A DNA stretch of 64,000 nucleotides. Origin: Alphaproteobacteria bacterium. GTDB lineage: Bacteria > Pseudomonadota > Alphaproteobacteria > Rickettsiales > SXRF01. Position numbers and translations under genes: made by a program. The notes beneath the pieces are model-generated. The model ran no database searches. It saw only the letters and a program-made list of their open reading frames with translations, and had not been told where the DNA came from. This document shows, piece after piece, positions 44,793 to 54,831 of the stretch; the first letter of the stretch is position 1, and each line of letters begins with the position of its first letter. Location of the stretch: the NCBI GenBank assembly GCA_033763775.1, contig JANRJW010000014.1, positions 89,037-153,036 of the forward strand, given 5' to 3'.

Positions 44793-45472
44793 TAATAGAC
44801 GCCTGGCTTATTCGTGAAGGTGCCAATCACCTCGCCCTTTGCCAGCACATGCGGCTGAATGATATCTTCCACATATTGCCCGCCAAACAGGCCAGAAAGA
44901 TTCACCGACGGCACCGAAAGCGCATACACCGTGAAATGGTAGCGGTGAAGACGCGTATCATTCCATGGCGGGCAGGGGCCATCATAGCCGCCATGCGGGC
45001 CTTCGCCCATGAAGCGCGCATAATCATTCTGCCCAACCACACCGTAAGCACGCTTGCCTAGCTCTTTACCCCCTTTGGTGATGCCGCGGCTATCTGCCCC
45101 CTCGGCAATGGCGACCATGGTGGAGGGAATATCCACCAGCACCCAGTGGTAGAAATTCTGCCGAGGAAATTCGCGCGGAATGACTTTACCCTCCTGATTC
45201 GCCAGCTCAAAGCTCTGGGGCACATCGCGATCGACCACCAGAATCACATAAGACTTCGTGCCTTCCGGCGCGCCCGACCATTCAATCGATGGATTAATGT
45301 TCTGGCCATCTTTGGTTTTTCCCTGACCATCAGGAATGCAGTAAGCAAAGCGCTCGGGGATGGGTTTGCCATTCTCAATGCCACCCACTTTCACCGTGAG
45401 CTTGGCGGGCTCCTGCGCAAGGGCGGGGGAGGCAAGCGTCATCGCGATCAAGGCTGGAAGAATGAATTTCAT
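44792..45472 (-). CDS. YbhB/YbcL-family phosphatidylethanolamine-binding (PEBP) protein with signal peptide
   Basis: MKFILPALIAMTLASPALA; PSIEWSGAPEGTKSYVILVVDRDVP...YHWVLVDIP...GPCPP...HRYHFTVYAL. Its stop overlaps the GT-C start (TAATG). Confidence 0.8.
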   Translation of the reverse strand: MKFILPALIAMTLASPALAQEPAKLTVKVGGIENGKPIPERFAYCIPDGQGKTKDGQNINPSIEWSGAPEGTKSYVILVVDRDVPQSFELANQEGKVIPREFPRQNFYHWVLVDIPSTMVAIAEGADSRGITKGGKELGKRAYGVVGQNDYARFMGEGPHGGYDGPCPPWNDTRLHRYHFTVYALSVPSVNLSGLFGGQYVEDIIQPHVLAKGEVIGTFTNKPGVY

Positions 45473-45523
45473 AGGTATACTCACTATGGGTTGAATAATC
45501 GTACTGCAATGTCTATATTTCAT

Positions 45524-45602
45524 GTCATTGCGAGCGTAGCGAAGCAATCCAGCAGTTGCAAGAAAATCTGGATTGCTTCGTCGCTTCACTCCTCGCAATG
45601 AC
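45524..45602. repeat. 79-bp palindromic element (gtcattgcgag type)
   Basis: gtcattgcgagcgtagcgaagcaatccag...ctggattgcttcgtcgcttcactcctcgcaatgac; inverted termini. Confidence 0.85.
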
Positions 45603-45615
45603 AAGAAGGAATTTT

Positions 45616-46167
45616 ATGTTCATCCAGACCGAACCGACCCCCAACCCGCTCACCATGAAATTCATCCCGGGCGTAGCTGTGCTTGAATCCGGCACAAAAT
45701 TCTACACCGGCCTTGAATCTGCGAAAGAGTCGCCTCTGGCGAAAAGCTTGTTTGAAGCAGGCGATGTCGAGGCGGTGTTTTTCGGCAGCGATTTCATCAC
45801 CATCACCAAAAACGAAAAAAGCCACTGGGAGGCGCTGCGCCCGATTTTGCTTTCCATCATTCTTGATCACTTCACGGCCGGAAAACCGGTGATTGTGAGC
45901 GGCGCAACCGCCGCCAATACCGCCAGCGCCGACGATAGCGAGCTGGTGAAACAAATCAAAGAACTGATCGACACGCGCGTGCGCCCGGCGGTGGCGCAGG
46001 ATGGCGGCGATATTATTTTTCGCGGCTTTGAAGATGGCATTGTGCAGCTGGAGCTGCATGGCTCATGCTCCGGCTGCCCAAGCTCCACCGTGACGCTGAA
46101 AAACGGCATTGAAAATATGCTAAAGCATTATGTACCGGAAGTGGTGGCGGTCGAGGCGGTGAATTAG
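45616..46167 (+). CDS. NifU/Nfu-family Fe-S cluster scaffold or carrier protein
   Basis: MFIQTEPTPNPLTMKFIPG (Nfu_N) and LHGSCSGCPSSTVTLKNGIE (CxxC NifU C-domain). Confidence 0.85.
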   Translation: MFIQTEPTPNPLTMKFIPGVAVLESGTKFYTGLESAKESPLAKSLFEAGDVEAVFFGSDFITITKNEKSHWEALRPILLSIILDHFTAGKPVIVSGATAANTASADDSELVKQIKELIDTRVRPAVAQDGGDIIFRGFEDGIVQLELHGSCSGCPSSTVTLKNGIENMLKHYVPEVVAVEAVN

Positions 46168-46170
46168 CGC

Positions 46171-47127
46171 GTGACACCCTTTATCCTGCAGATTCTGTTT
46201 GGCATTACCCTGCTGGTTGCAGGCGGCGAGCTGCTGGTGCGCGGCGCCGTAACGGTTGCCAAATATTTCAAACTTTCCACCACGGTGATTGGCCTGACCA
46301 TCGTCGCTTACGGCACCTCCTCGCCGGAGATGATTGTAAGCATTCAGGCCGCAGCCGGCGGCAGCCCGGACATTTCGCTGGGTAATGTGATTGGCAGTAA
46401 TATCGGCAATATTCTTGCCATTCTCGCTTTGGTTGCCATCATCACACCGCTTAGAGCCTGCCCGGATCTGATTAAGCGCGATGGCTGGATCATGGTAGGG
46501 GTGTCGGTGCTATTGCTGCTGCTCTGCCTTGATGGTGAAATCAGCCGTTTTGATGCGCTGATCTTTTTAAGCGGTGCGTTTTATTACACCTACCGTACCA
46601 TACAGAGCTCCAAACTGCGCCCGGTGCTGCCGGTGCCTGAGGCGCAGGAAGTGCCGAATACCGATAAAAAAGCCTGCCTGCCCTGCGCGGTTGCTTACAT
46701 CGCCGTTGGCCTGGGACTTCTCACTACCGGCGCGGATATCCTGATTGATGGCTCCAGCGGTTTAGCTCGCATGTTCGGCGTGTCGGAAGCGGTGATTGGC
46801 CTGACCATTGTCGCCATCGGCACCTCGACGCCGGAGCTGATTACCTCGCTCGTTGCCGCTTTCCGCAAGCAGGCAGATTTGTCGATCGCCAACATCATCG
46901 GCAGCAATATTTTCAATATCTTAGGCATTGTCGGCGTCTCCGCCGCCATCACGCCGATCGCGGTTTCCGCTCAGTTCCTGAGTGTTGATTTGTACGTGAT
47001 GATTGGCGCGGCGCTGATTGGCCTTTGGATGCTTTATTCCAAACATACGCTCTCGCGGCTGGAAGGCGCTGTCCTGCTGTTGCTTTATATTGCGTACGTA
47101 GTATATCAGTACGCTTTCACTGTATGA
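46171..47127 (+). CDS. Ca2+/Na+ antiporter, CaCA (YrbG) family
   Basis: Two alpha-repeats: GTSSPEMIVS...GNVIGSNIGNIL and GTSTPELITS...ANIIGSNIFNIL. GTG start. Confidence 0.85.
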   Translation: MTPFILQILFGITLLVAGGELLVRGAVTVAKYFKLSTTVIGLTIVAYGTSSPEMIVSIQAAAGGSPDISLGNVIGSNIGNILAILALVAIITPLRACPDLIKRDGWIMVGVSVLLLLLCLDGEISRFDALIFLSGAFYYTYRTIQSSKLRPVLPVPEAQEVPNTDKKACLPCAVAYIAVGLGLLTTGADILIDGSSGLARMFGVSEAVIGLTIVAIGTSTPELITSLVAAFRKQADLSIANIIGSNIFNILGIVGVSAAITPIAVSAQFLSVDLYVMIGAALIGLWMLYSKHTLSRLEGAVLLLLYIAYVVYQYAFTV

Positions 47128-47135
47128 GTTGCGTT

Positions 47136-47243
47136 GTCATCCCCGCGAAAGCGGGGATCCAGTCTAAGCCGTGATTAGTGACGAAAGAATTTTTTTCCTC
47201 GCTGGCGCGAGTAACGCTGGATTCCTGCTTTCGCAGGAATGAC
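47136..47243. repeat. Family-A element (108 bp), intergenic
   Basis: gtc-atccccgc-gaaa-gcggggat-ccag ... ctgg-attcctgc-tttc-gcaggaat-gac. Confidence 0.9.
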
Positions 47244-47291
47244 GGAACTATACTGGTAATTTTGCGAAATCTGAAAAAAACAGAGTTTTTT

Positions 47292-48224
47292 ATGCCCCTG
47301 CAACTTTTTGCCAAACGCCCGAATTTCGATTTCATGGGCAAACGCTGGATTGGTTTCATTGTCTCCGGTCTGCTGACGCTGGGATCGCTTGGGCTGGTAT
47401 TCACGCAGGGTCTGAATTTCGGCATTGATTTTACCGGCGGTATTTTAATGGAAATCGAAACACCGGAGCCAGCGGATCTTGCCACCATGCGCACTGCACT
47501 TTCCGGCCAGGGCTTCGGGGAAATTTCGCTGCAGAATATCGGTGATGATAAAAATGTGATGATCCGCATTCAGGTCTCCAAGGATGATGATCAGGCCAAA
47601 CTCACCGAAAAAGTGAAAGAGATTCTGGCCAGCTCCATTGGAGGCGGCATTGATTATCGCAAAATTGATTATGTCGGCCCGACCATCGGCGAAGAGCTGG
47701 TCAGGAACGGATTAATTGCGCTGGCGCTCTCGTTTCTTTCTATCCTTGTTTATGTGTGGTTTCGCTTTGAATGGCAATATGGTTTCGGCGCTATTTTAGC
47801 GCTGTTTCACGACGCGATCATGATGATCGGTTTTTTTGCCGTAACGCAGTTTGAGTTCGGGCTGGTAGCACTCGCTGCGGTGCTGACCGTCGTTGGCTAC
47901 TCCATCAATGATTCGGTGGTGATTTATGACCGTATCCGCGAAAATCTACGCCGCTACAAAAAAATGCCCATCATGGAGCTGCTCAATATCAGCATCAACG
48001 ACACCATGTCGCGCACCATCCTCACCGCTTCCACCACGCTGCTTGCTGCACTCGCGCTCGCGCTGTTTGGCGGCGAGGTGATCAAAGGCTTTTCATGGGC
48101 GATGGTGTTTGGCGTGATTGTCGGCACTTATTCGTCGGTCTATATCTCTGCACCGACACTGCTTTATTTGAAGATTCGTACCGAAGGACAGGAAGCTGAC
48201 CACTCGCCAGCCGCCATTCACTAG
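47292..48224 (+). CDS. secF: protein translocase subunit SecF
   Basis: FDFMGKRWIGFIVSG...GIDFTGG...DAIMMIGFF...SINDSVVIYDRIRE. Confidence 0.9.
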   Translation: MPLQLFAKRPNFDFMGKRWIGFIVSGLLTLGSLGLVFTQGLNFGIDFTGGILMEIETPEPADLATMRTALSGQGFGEISLQNIGDDKNVMIRIQVSKDDDQAKLTEKVKEILASSIGGGIDYRKIDYVGPTIGEELVRNGLIALALSFLSILVYVWFRFEWQYGFGAILALFHDAIMMIGFFAVTQFEFGLVALAAVLTVVGYSINDSVVIYDRIRENLRRYKKMPIMELLNISINDTMSRTILTASTTLLAALALALFGGEVIKGFSWAMVFGVIVGTYSSVYISAPTLLYLKIRTEGQEADHSPAAIH

Positions 48225-48236
48225 CTGGGTATTTTC

Positions 48237-48335
48237 GTCATTCCCCGAATTTTTGCGCTTGCAAAAATTCCAGGGGAATCCAGTATGCTAAACCATGGAT
48301 CGCCCTAGAATTCGTAAGCGAATTCGGGCGATGAC
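48237..48335. repeat. Family-A element (99 bp), intergenic
   Basis: gtc-attccccgaatttttgc-gctt-gcaaaaattccaggggaat-ccag ... cgccctagaattcg-taag-cgaattcgggcg-atgac. Confidence 0.9.
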
Positions 48336-48358
48336 GGGTATGAAAAGGAGCCTAACCC

Positions 48359-48796
48359 ATGGAACATCCCGGACTTCATGGCTATTATTTTGAGGAGCTG
48401 AGCCTCGGGCAGCAGGCGAGCGTCTCGCGCACCATCACCGAAACTGACCTTCGCAACTTTTCCGGCGTCTCCGGCGATACCAACCCGATGCACTTGAGCG
48501 AAGAATTCGCTAAGCAAACCATCTTTGGTGGCACCATTGTGCATGGCATGCTCACTGCCAGCCTGATTTCCGCCGTCATCGGCACCAAGCTGCCCGGCCC
48601 GGGCTGCATCTACATGAGCCAGAGCCTCAAATTCCTTGCGCCCGTGCGCGTCGGCGATACGGTGTATGCCACCGCTACCGTGAAAGCGCTGGTGCCGGAG
48701 AAAAAACGCGTGGTACTGACCACGCAGTGTTTTGTTAAGGAGACGCTGGTGGTGGATGGCGAAGCGCTGATTAAGGTACCTTCTAAAAGGGATTAA
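48359..48796 (+). CDS. MaoC-like (R)-specific enoyl-CoA hydratase / hot-dog dehydratase
   Basis: FSGVSGDTNPMHL...IVHGML motif; 145 aa. Confidence 0.8.
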   Translation: MEHPGLHGYYFEELSLGQQASVSRTITETDLRNFSGVSGDTNPMHLSEEFAKQTIFGGTIVHGMLTASLISAVIGTKLPGPGCIYMSQSLKFLAPVRVGDTVYATATVKALVPEKKRVVLTTQCFVKETLVVDGEALIKVPSKRD

Positions 48797-48877
48797 GCAT
48801 TAGGGATTGGGGATTATGGGTTGACTTTAACGATACTCACTCTACTCCCTAATGCCTAATCACCAATGCCTAATGCC
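48797..48877. repeat. Heptamer-arm palindrome (cattagg/cctaatg type) upstream of ribF
   Basis: gcattagggattggggattatgggttg / ctccctaatgcctaatcaccaatgcctaatgcc. Confidence 0.8.
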
Positions 48878-48883
48878 TATTTT

Positions 48884-49807
48884 ATGCATCTCATCCGCGA
48901 TCTGAAACCCGACCAATTCCCAAAAGGCTGCGTGCTGGCGATTGGGAATTTCGACGGTGTGCATCTGGGGCACCGCGACATCATCACGCGCTGCGTGGCG
49001 CTGGCGCGCGCCGAGGGGGTGCCAGCGGTGGTGATGAGTTTTGAGCCGCACCCAAGGGAATTTTTTGGCCGCACGAATGAACCGCTCAGGATTTTCTCGC
49101 CCAAGCAGAAAGCCCTCGCGCTGAAACTACTCGGGGTGGATGCGCTGCTGCTGCTGCGTTTTAACCACGAGCTTGCCGCCACCAGCGCCGATGATTTTGT
49201 AAAAAAACTGCTCATCAAGACGCTGCGTGTGCGCCATGTCGTGACTGGTCAGAACTTCGCCTTTGGCAAGGGCAGGGGCGGCAGCAGTGATTTCCTGACC
49301 AAGCAGGCGCGCGCCCATGGCTTTGGCTTTACCGCCTGCGCGCAGCTGACGGATGCGCAAGGCCATATGATTTCTTCCAGCGCCATTCGCACCGCACTGA
49401 AAGAGGGCGACCTTAAAACGGCACGCGCTATGCTGGGGGACGATTATGCCATCGCAGGCCACGTCATTCACGGCGAAAAGCGCGGACGAACCATCGGCTT
49501 TCCCACCATGAACCTCTCCCTGAAGAAACGCTTTATCCCACGAAAAGGCGTCTATGCGGCGACGCTGAAAGTCGCGGGCAGGGACTATGATGCGGTGGTC
49601 AATATCGGCATCAAACCCACCTTCGGCAGCCATGCGCCGCTTCTTGAAGCCCACGCCTTCGGGCTTGAAGGCGATATGTATGGCCGCTATGCATGCATCA
49701 CGCTTAAGGCTTTCCTTCGCGATGAAATGCGCTATGAATCGCTTGACCTACTCAAAGCTCAGATTACCCATGACGCCAGCCTCGCCCGACAACTCCTCGC
49801 CAACTAA
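48884..49807 (+). CDS. ribF: bifunctional riboflavin kinase / FAD synthetase
   Basis: AIGNFDGVHLGH...GHVIHGEKRGRTIGFPTMN. Start placed at the ATG at 48884; the earlier ATGs lie inside the repeat. Confidence 0.88.
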   Translation: MHLIRDLKPDQFPKGCVLAIGNFDGVHLGHRDIITRCVALARAEGVPAVVMSFEPHPREFFGRTNEPLRIFSPKQKALALKLLGVDALLLLRFNHELAATSADDFVKKLLIKTLRVRHVVTGQNFAFGKGRGGSSDFLTKQARAHGFGFTACAQLTDAQGHMISSSAIRTALKEGDLKTARAMLGDDYAIAGHVIHGEKRGRTIGFPTMNLSLKKRFIPRKGVYAATLKVAGRDYDAVVNIGIKPTFGSHAPLLEAHAFGLEGDMYGRYACITLKAFLRDEMRYESLDLLKAQITHDASLARQLLAN

Positions 49808-50285
49808 GCCGCGCTATCTACTGCTCGGACTGGGTGTGGCGCTGTGCATCTTCATTGCCGACCAGCTATGCAAATGGTGGATGCTCGAGATCATCGATAT
49901 TGATGCGCGACCGCCCATCGAGGTGACTGGTTTTTTTAACCTGGTGATGGTATGGAACCCGGGCGTGAGCTTTGGCATGTTCGCCCGCCACGATATGCCG
50001 ATGGTGCTTTCAGCGGTTGCCATCATCATTTGCTGTATTCTGTTTATGTGGCTGAAAAAAGCCGAAACACGCTATGTGGCAATCGCCATCGGCCTCGTGA
50101 TTGGCGGCGCGCTGGGCAATGTGATGGATCGGTTTCGCTTCGGGGCGGTGGCGGATTTTTTTGATTTTCACCTCGGCGGTCTGCACTGGCCGGCCTTCAA
50201 TATCGCCGATAGCTGCATTTTTATCGGAGTTGCCGTTTTGCTGCTGGATAGTATAGTGACCAAGCCCAAGAGGGATGAAAGATAA
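49770..50285 (+). CDS. lspA: lipoprotein signal peptidase II
   Basis: ADQLCKWW...NPGVSFG...GGALGNVMDRFRFGAVADFFDFH...WPAFNIADS. Confidence 0.88.
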   Translation: MTPASPDNSSPTKPRYLLLGLGVALCIFIADQLCKWWMLEIIDIDARPPIEVTGFFNLVMVWNPGVSFGMFARHDMPMVLSAVAIIICCILFMWLKKAETRYVAIAIGLVIGGALGNVMDRFRFGAVADFFDFHLGGLHWPAFNIADSCIFIGVAVLLLDSIVTKPKRDER

Positions 50286-50889
50286 AACGATGAAAAATGA
50301 ACTGACCAAAACAAGCCTCGTACTCTGCCTGATGATGCTCGCTGGCTGCGGCACCACCACCGTGAAAGAAACGCTCGGCATTGACCAGCGCGCGCCGGAT
50401 GAATTCCGCGTGGTCTCGCGCCCGCCACTTTCAGTGCCGCCACAATTCAGCCTGCGCCCGCCAGCTGTGCCCGATGGCACCACTACCGCCGGTGCGGATG
50501 ACAAAGCGCGCGCCGCTGTTGTGGGCATTGCAGCCCCGGAAGATAATCGGTTCGTACTGCAACCGCAGCCAGGCCAGAGCGCGCCCGCAGCGCCCGCCAG
50601 CAGCAAAACCAGCGCCGAACAGCGCCTGCTTGAACAGGCCGGCGCCGCCAGCGCTGACCCCACCGTGCGCCGCGAGCTGGCCGAAGAAAAATTGATCCGC
50701 CAGCAGCAGAAAGAAGAGCGCCCATGGTGGGATCTTGGCCTTGTGCCTGAGAAAAAAGAACCCGTGGTGGATGCCAGAGGTGAAGCCGAGCGTCTTGAGA
50801 AAAACGAGCGCGAAGGCAAAGCCCCCACGGAGGGCGAAACCGCCACAACCAAACCCAAAGATCGCGGCGTTCTGGACTGGCTGTGGTAG
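50275..50889 (+). CDS. DUF3035-family lipoprotein
   Basis: LVLCLMMLAGC lipobox; APDEFRVVSRPPLSVPP motif. Typical position after lspA. Alternative ATG at 50290. Confidence 0.7.
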   Translation: MKDKTMKNELTKTSLVLCLMMLAGCGTTTVKETLGIDQRAPDEFRVVSRPPLSVPPQFSLRPPAVPDGTTTAGADDKARAAVVGIAAPEDNRFVLQPQPGQSAPAAPASSKTSAEQRLLEQAGAASADPTVRRELAEEKLIRQQQKEERPWWDLGLVPEKKEPVVDARGEAERLEKNEREGKAPTEGETATTKPKDRGVLDWLW

Positions 50890-52214
50890 CTCGCCCCAAG
50901 CAACTCCTGTGGTCGCTCGCCGCGAGCCTGATATGGCTGACCAAGCCGGCCGCCGCTCAGACGATCGAACACTTCACGCTAAGCAATGGCATGGAGGTCG
51001 TTGTCACCCAGAATCACCGCGTGCCGGCGGTAAGCCACATGGTGTGGTACCGCGTGGGCGCGGCGGATGACCCGCCCGGCAAATCCGGCCTTGCCCACTT
51101 CCATGAACATGTGATGTTTCTGGGCACACCCCGCTACAGCCGCGGCCAGTATAGCGATATCATCGCCCGCCACGGCGGCGAGCAGAATGCTTTCACCGGC
51201 TATGACGCCACTTCTTATTTTGTCAATATCGCCAAAGAACATCTGCCGCTGGTCATGGAGCTCGAGGCCGACCGCATGCGCGGCCTTACCCCATCGGACG
51301 AAGCGATTGCCAAAGAACGCCAGGTGATTCTGGAAGAGCGGCGCATGCGCATTGAAAATAACCCGGATGCGCTGCTAAGCGAACAGGTCAGCGCCATGCT
51401 GTTTCGCAACCATCCCTACCAGATTCCAGTCATTGGCTGGATGCATGAAATGGAAGGCCTCAGCAAACAGGATGTGCTGGATTTTCACGCGCGCTACTAT
51501 CATCCGAATAATGCTATTTTGATTGTCTCAGGCGATATCACCGCCAGCGAGCTGAAGCCTCTCGCAGAAAAATATTATGGCGCACTGAAACGAAAAGAGA
51601 TTCCCAAGCGCCGCTGGCAAAGCGAACCACCGCAGATCGCCGCGCGCCGCATTTCGATGACGCATCCCAATGTCAGCCAGCCCATCTGGAGCCGCACCTA
51701 CAGCGCGGCCAGCCTGGCAGACGGCAACAAAGAACAGGCGCTACCACTGTTTCTGCTATCGCAGCTCCTCGGGGGCGGCAAAACCAGCCGGCTTTATCAG
51801 GCGCTGGTGGTGGAGCAGAAACTCGCCAGCAGCATCAGTACAAGCTACAGTGGTTTTACGCTGGGCCCCGCGCAATTCGAAATCACCGCCGTGCCGGAAA
51901 AAAATGTGACACTGGAAGCACTGGAACAAGCCATTGATGGCGAAATTAAACGGCTCGAAAATGGCATCAGCAGCGACGAACTCGCACGCGCCAAAACACT
52001 CTACAAAGCAGATAGCATCTATGCCCGCGAAGGCCTGACCTCAATGGCGCGCATCATGGGCTGGATACGCATTCTCGGTCTGCCTGCGGATTATTTCACG
52101 CAGTGGCCGGCGCTGATTGACAAGGTGGATCAAGCAGAGGTGCTGCAGGCCGCGCGCGACACGCTGCGCGAGCAGCAATCAGTGACGGCCATCTTGCTGC
52201 CGGAGGTGAAATGA
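50883..52214 (+). CDS. M16 (pitrilysin) family zinc peptidase, active subunit
   Basis: HFHEHVMF (HxxEH) zinc motif, signal peptide, 443 aa. Confidence 0.85.
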   Translation: MVARPKQLLWSLAASLIWLTKPAAAQTIEHFTLSNGMEVVVTQNHRVPAVSHMVWYRVGAADDPPGKSGLAHFHEHVMFLGTPRYSRGQYSDIIARHGGEQNAFTGYDATSYFVNIAKEHLPLVMELEADRMRGLTPSDEAIAKERQVILEERRMRIENNPDALLSEQVSAMLFRNHPYQIPVIGWMHEMEGLSKQDVLDFHARYYHPNNAILIVSGDITASELKPLAEKYYGALKRKEIPKRRWQSEPPQIAARRISMTHPNVSQPIWSRTYSAASLADGNKEQALPLFLLSQLLGGGKTSRLYQALVVEQKLASSISTSYSGFTLGPAQFEITAVPEKNVTLEALEQAIDGEIKRLENGISSDELARAKTLYKADSIYAREGLTSMARIMGWIRILGLPADYFTQWPALIDKVDQAEVLQAARDTLREQQSVTAILLPEVK

Positions 52215-53590
52215 TGACGTTTTTTTCCGCCCCGGCCAAGGTTGTAAAGCCTCTCTATCTGAAATGCAGGCGTCTGGTTTTTGCTGGCTCAATGATGGCG
52301 ATGGCTGTCGCAAGCCTCTTCGCGACGACCACCGCCGCTTACGCCGCTGATGTGCAGGAAATCACGACCCAAAGCGGTATCAAAGCCTGGCTGGTGGAAG
52401 ATCGTTCGCTGCCTGTTTTTGCTGTGAAAATCGCCTTCACCGGTGCTGGTAGCGCTTATGACCCCGAAGGCAGAGAAGGCCGCGCCACCATGGCCGCCGC
52501 CCTGCTGACCGAAGGCGCAGGCGCGCTGGATAGCCGCGCCTTCAGCACCGAGGTGGAATCACACGCGCTGGGGCTGCAGGTTGGCGCCGAAGAAGACCAT
52601 CTCTATGTGTCGCTCGAATCGCTGAGCGAGCATCAGGACAAAGCGTTTGAGCTGCTCGGGCTTGCCCTGACCAGCCCACGCTTTGATAGCGACTCGATGG
52701 AGCGCGTGAAGAACCAGATGCTCTCCATCATCAAACAGCAGGAAAGCCGCCCGGGCTATCAGCTGCAGCTGGCCATGGCGAGCACCATTTTCGCCGGCCA
52801 TCCTTATGGCCGTGCGCCGCTGGGTAGCGCCAGCAGCCTTTCGCGCCTGGCTCGCGGCGATCTGAAACATTACCATGAGCGCTACCTGACGCGCGGCAAC
52901 ATCGTGGTGGCGATCACCGGAGATCTGAGCGCCGCAGACGCGAAACGCTTACTCGAGCAGCATCTGGGCACGCTTCCAGAACATTACGACCCAGAAATGA
53001 CCATTGCCGAAGCTGAGTTTCCTGCAAAAGCGCAGCAGGTGCATGTGGATTTTGATGTGCCGCAGACCATGGTCGGCTTTGCGCTGCCCGGACTGAAGCG
53101 CACCGACCCCGACTACATGACCGCCCACGTGATGAACCATATTCTTGGTGGTGGCGGCAGCCTGAATGCACGGCTTGGCCGCGAAATTCGTGAAAAGCGT
53201 GGGCTGGCTTATTCGGTTTATTCCGGACTGGAGCCCATGGCGCATGGCGCGCTGCTGCGCGGCGGCTTTGCCACCAGAAGCGAGCAGGCAGGCGAAGCCA
53301 TCCGCACCTTGAATGACACCCTCGCCGCCTTCGCCAAAGATGGCCCCAACACGAGCGAGCTAGCCGATGCCAAAGATTTCCTGAAAGGTTCGTTTGTGCT
53401 CAGCCTGGATAGTAATGCGGAAATCGCAGCATTTCTGCTGAACATGCAGCTGCATCAGCTGGGTGCTGATTATCTGAGCCGCCGCAATGCGCTGGTGGAT
53501 GCCGTGACCGCGCCGCAGGTCGCCGCCATGGCGCAGCGGCTGATTGTGCCCGGCAGATTGCAGCTGGTCACCGTGGGGAAAAAGCCGTGA
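52211..53590 (+). CDS. M16 family peptidase, non-catalytic partner subunit
   Basis: 459 aa collinear with M16 domains but lacking HxxEH. ATGA overlap with the preceding M16 gene. Confidence 0.75.
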   Translation: MMTFFSAPAKVVKPLYLKCRRLVFAGSMMAMAVASLFATTTAAYAADVQEITTQSGIKAWLVEDRSLPVFAVKIAFTGAGSAYDPEGREGRATMAAALLTEGAGALDSRAFSTEVESHALGLQVGAEEDHLYVSLESLSEHQDKAFELLGLALTSPRFDSDSMERVKNQMLSIIKQQESRPGYQLQLAMASTIFAGHPYGRAPLGSASSLSRLARGDLKHYHERYLTRGNIVVAITGDLSAADAKRLLEQHLGTLPEHYDPEMTIAEAEFPAKAQQVHVDFDVPQTMVGFALPGLKRTDPDYMTAHVMNHILGGGGSLNARLGREIREKRGLAYSVYSGLEPMAHGALLRGGFATRSEQAGEAIRTLNDTLAAFAKDGPNTSELADAKDFLKGSFVLSLDSNAEIAAFLLNMQLHQLGADYLSRRNALVDAVTAPQVAAMAQRLIVPGRLQLVTVGKKP

Positions 53591-54831
53591 CCGCCTACCG
53601 TCAGCTGACCACCCATTGCCCGCCGCCAAGTGCTGAAACACTGGCACGGCTTGAAGCGCCGCTTGCCAGCCTTAAACATCCGCATAACAGCACCGCTCCG
53701 CTACTGCGCAGCTGGCAGGCGCAGGGCGAACTGCCGCCGCTGCAGGCACTGGCAGACGAACTGCGCCAGCGTTTCGACCATGTTATCATCGTTGGCGCTG
53801 GCGGCTCCGGCCTCAGCGGCCGCGTGCTGAGCTGCCTCAGGCCAAGCCTTGCGCCGCAGCTGCATTTTCTGGAAAATATCGACCCCGATGCCATCGGCGA
53901 TCTGCTGCAGCGTGTTGTGCTGGAAAAGAGCGTTTTTATTTTTATCAGCAAGTCCGGCGCCACGGTAGAAACGCTGGCGCATTTTCATGCCATTACGGCA
54001 GTGCTGGCGCAGCAGCTGGGAAGCGCCCGCATCCCGCATCACGGCCTTGCCATTACCATGGCTGGTGATAATCCCCTGCGCCGCGCCGCAACCCATCTGA
54101 ACATGCGCTGCCTTGACCACCCGGCCGATATTGGTGGACGTTTTTCTTTGTTTACTGCCGTGGGGTTGTTGCCCGCCGCTATCGCTGGCATTGACCTTCC
54201 GGCGCTGCTTGGCGGCGCCGCCAGCGTCGGCACGCAGCTGATGCAAGTCCAATCGCCGGGCGAGTTCGCACCAGCGCTGGGCGCCGCCATGCAATATGAC
54301 GCACTTAAGCAGGGGCGCAGCATCAGTGTGATGCTGCCTTATGCCCAGCGGCTGGAGGGTTTCTCCAGCTGGTATCGCCAGAGCTGGGCAGAGAGCCTGG
54401 GTAAAAGCGGGCGCGGCACCACCCCCATCCGCGCGGTTGGCAGCACCGATCAGCACAGCCAGCTGCAACTTTATCTGGATGGGCCGAAAGATAAATTCTT
54501 TACCATGATCCTGCTGGATCGTCTCGGCACCGGCCAGCCCATCGGCACCCTTGCCGACCCAGCGCTCGCTTTCATCTCGGGAAGAACCACCGGCGATGTG
54601 CTGGCCGCGCAGCAACAGGCAACACTGACATCGCTTGCGAATTCCGGTGCGCCGGTGCGTGTGATGCAGCTTGCAGCACTGAATGAGAGCTCGCTTGGCG
54701 GCTTGCTCGCGCATTTCACGCTGGAAATTATCCTGATGGCCGCGCTGCTGGAGGTCAACCCCTTTGACCAGCCTGCAGTGGAAGAAGGCAAGCAGCTGGC
54801 GCGTGATTATCTGCTGAGGCCAGCCCCATGA
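53587..54831 (+). CDS. pgi: glucose-6-phosphate isomerase-like SIS-domain protein (short form)
   Basis: IIVGAGGSGLSGRVL, ISKSGATVETL, and a C-terminal NPFDQPAVEEGK motif typical of PGI. GTG start. Confidence 0.65.
   Translation: MTAYRQLTTHCPPPSAETLARLEAPLASLKHPHNSTAPLLRSWQAQGELPPLQALADELRQRFDHVIIVGAGGSGLSGRVLSCLRPSLAPQLHFLENIDPDAIGDLLQRVVLEKSVFIFISKSGATVETLAHFHAITAVLAQQLGSARIPHHGLAITMAGDNPLRRAATHLNMRCLDHPADIGGRFSLFTAVGLLPAAIAGIDLPALLGGAASVGTQLMQVQSPGEFAPALGAAMQYDALKQGRSISVMLPYAQRLEGFSSWYRQSWAESLGKSGRGTTPIRAVGSTDQHSQLQLYLDGPKDKFFTMILLDRLGTGQPIGTLADPALAFISGRTTGDVLAAQQQATLTSLANSGAPVRVMQLAALNESSLGGLLAHFTLEIILMAALLEVNPFDQPAVEEGKQLARDYLLRPAP

Noticed and set aside
47292-48224. secF without an adjacent secD, considered as a possible remnant or pseudogene
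   Set aside because: The ORF is full length with conserved SecF motifs. secD can be encoded elsewhere, and absence from this window is not evidence of loss.
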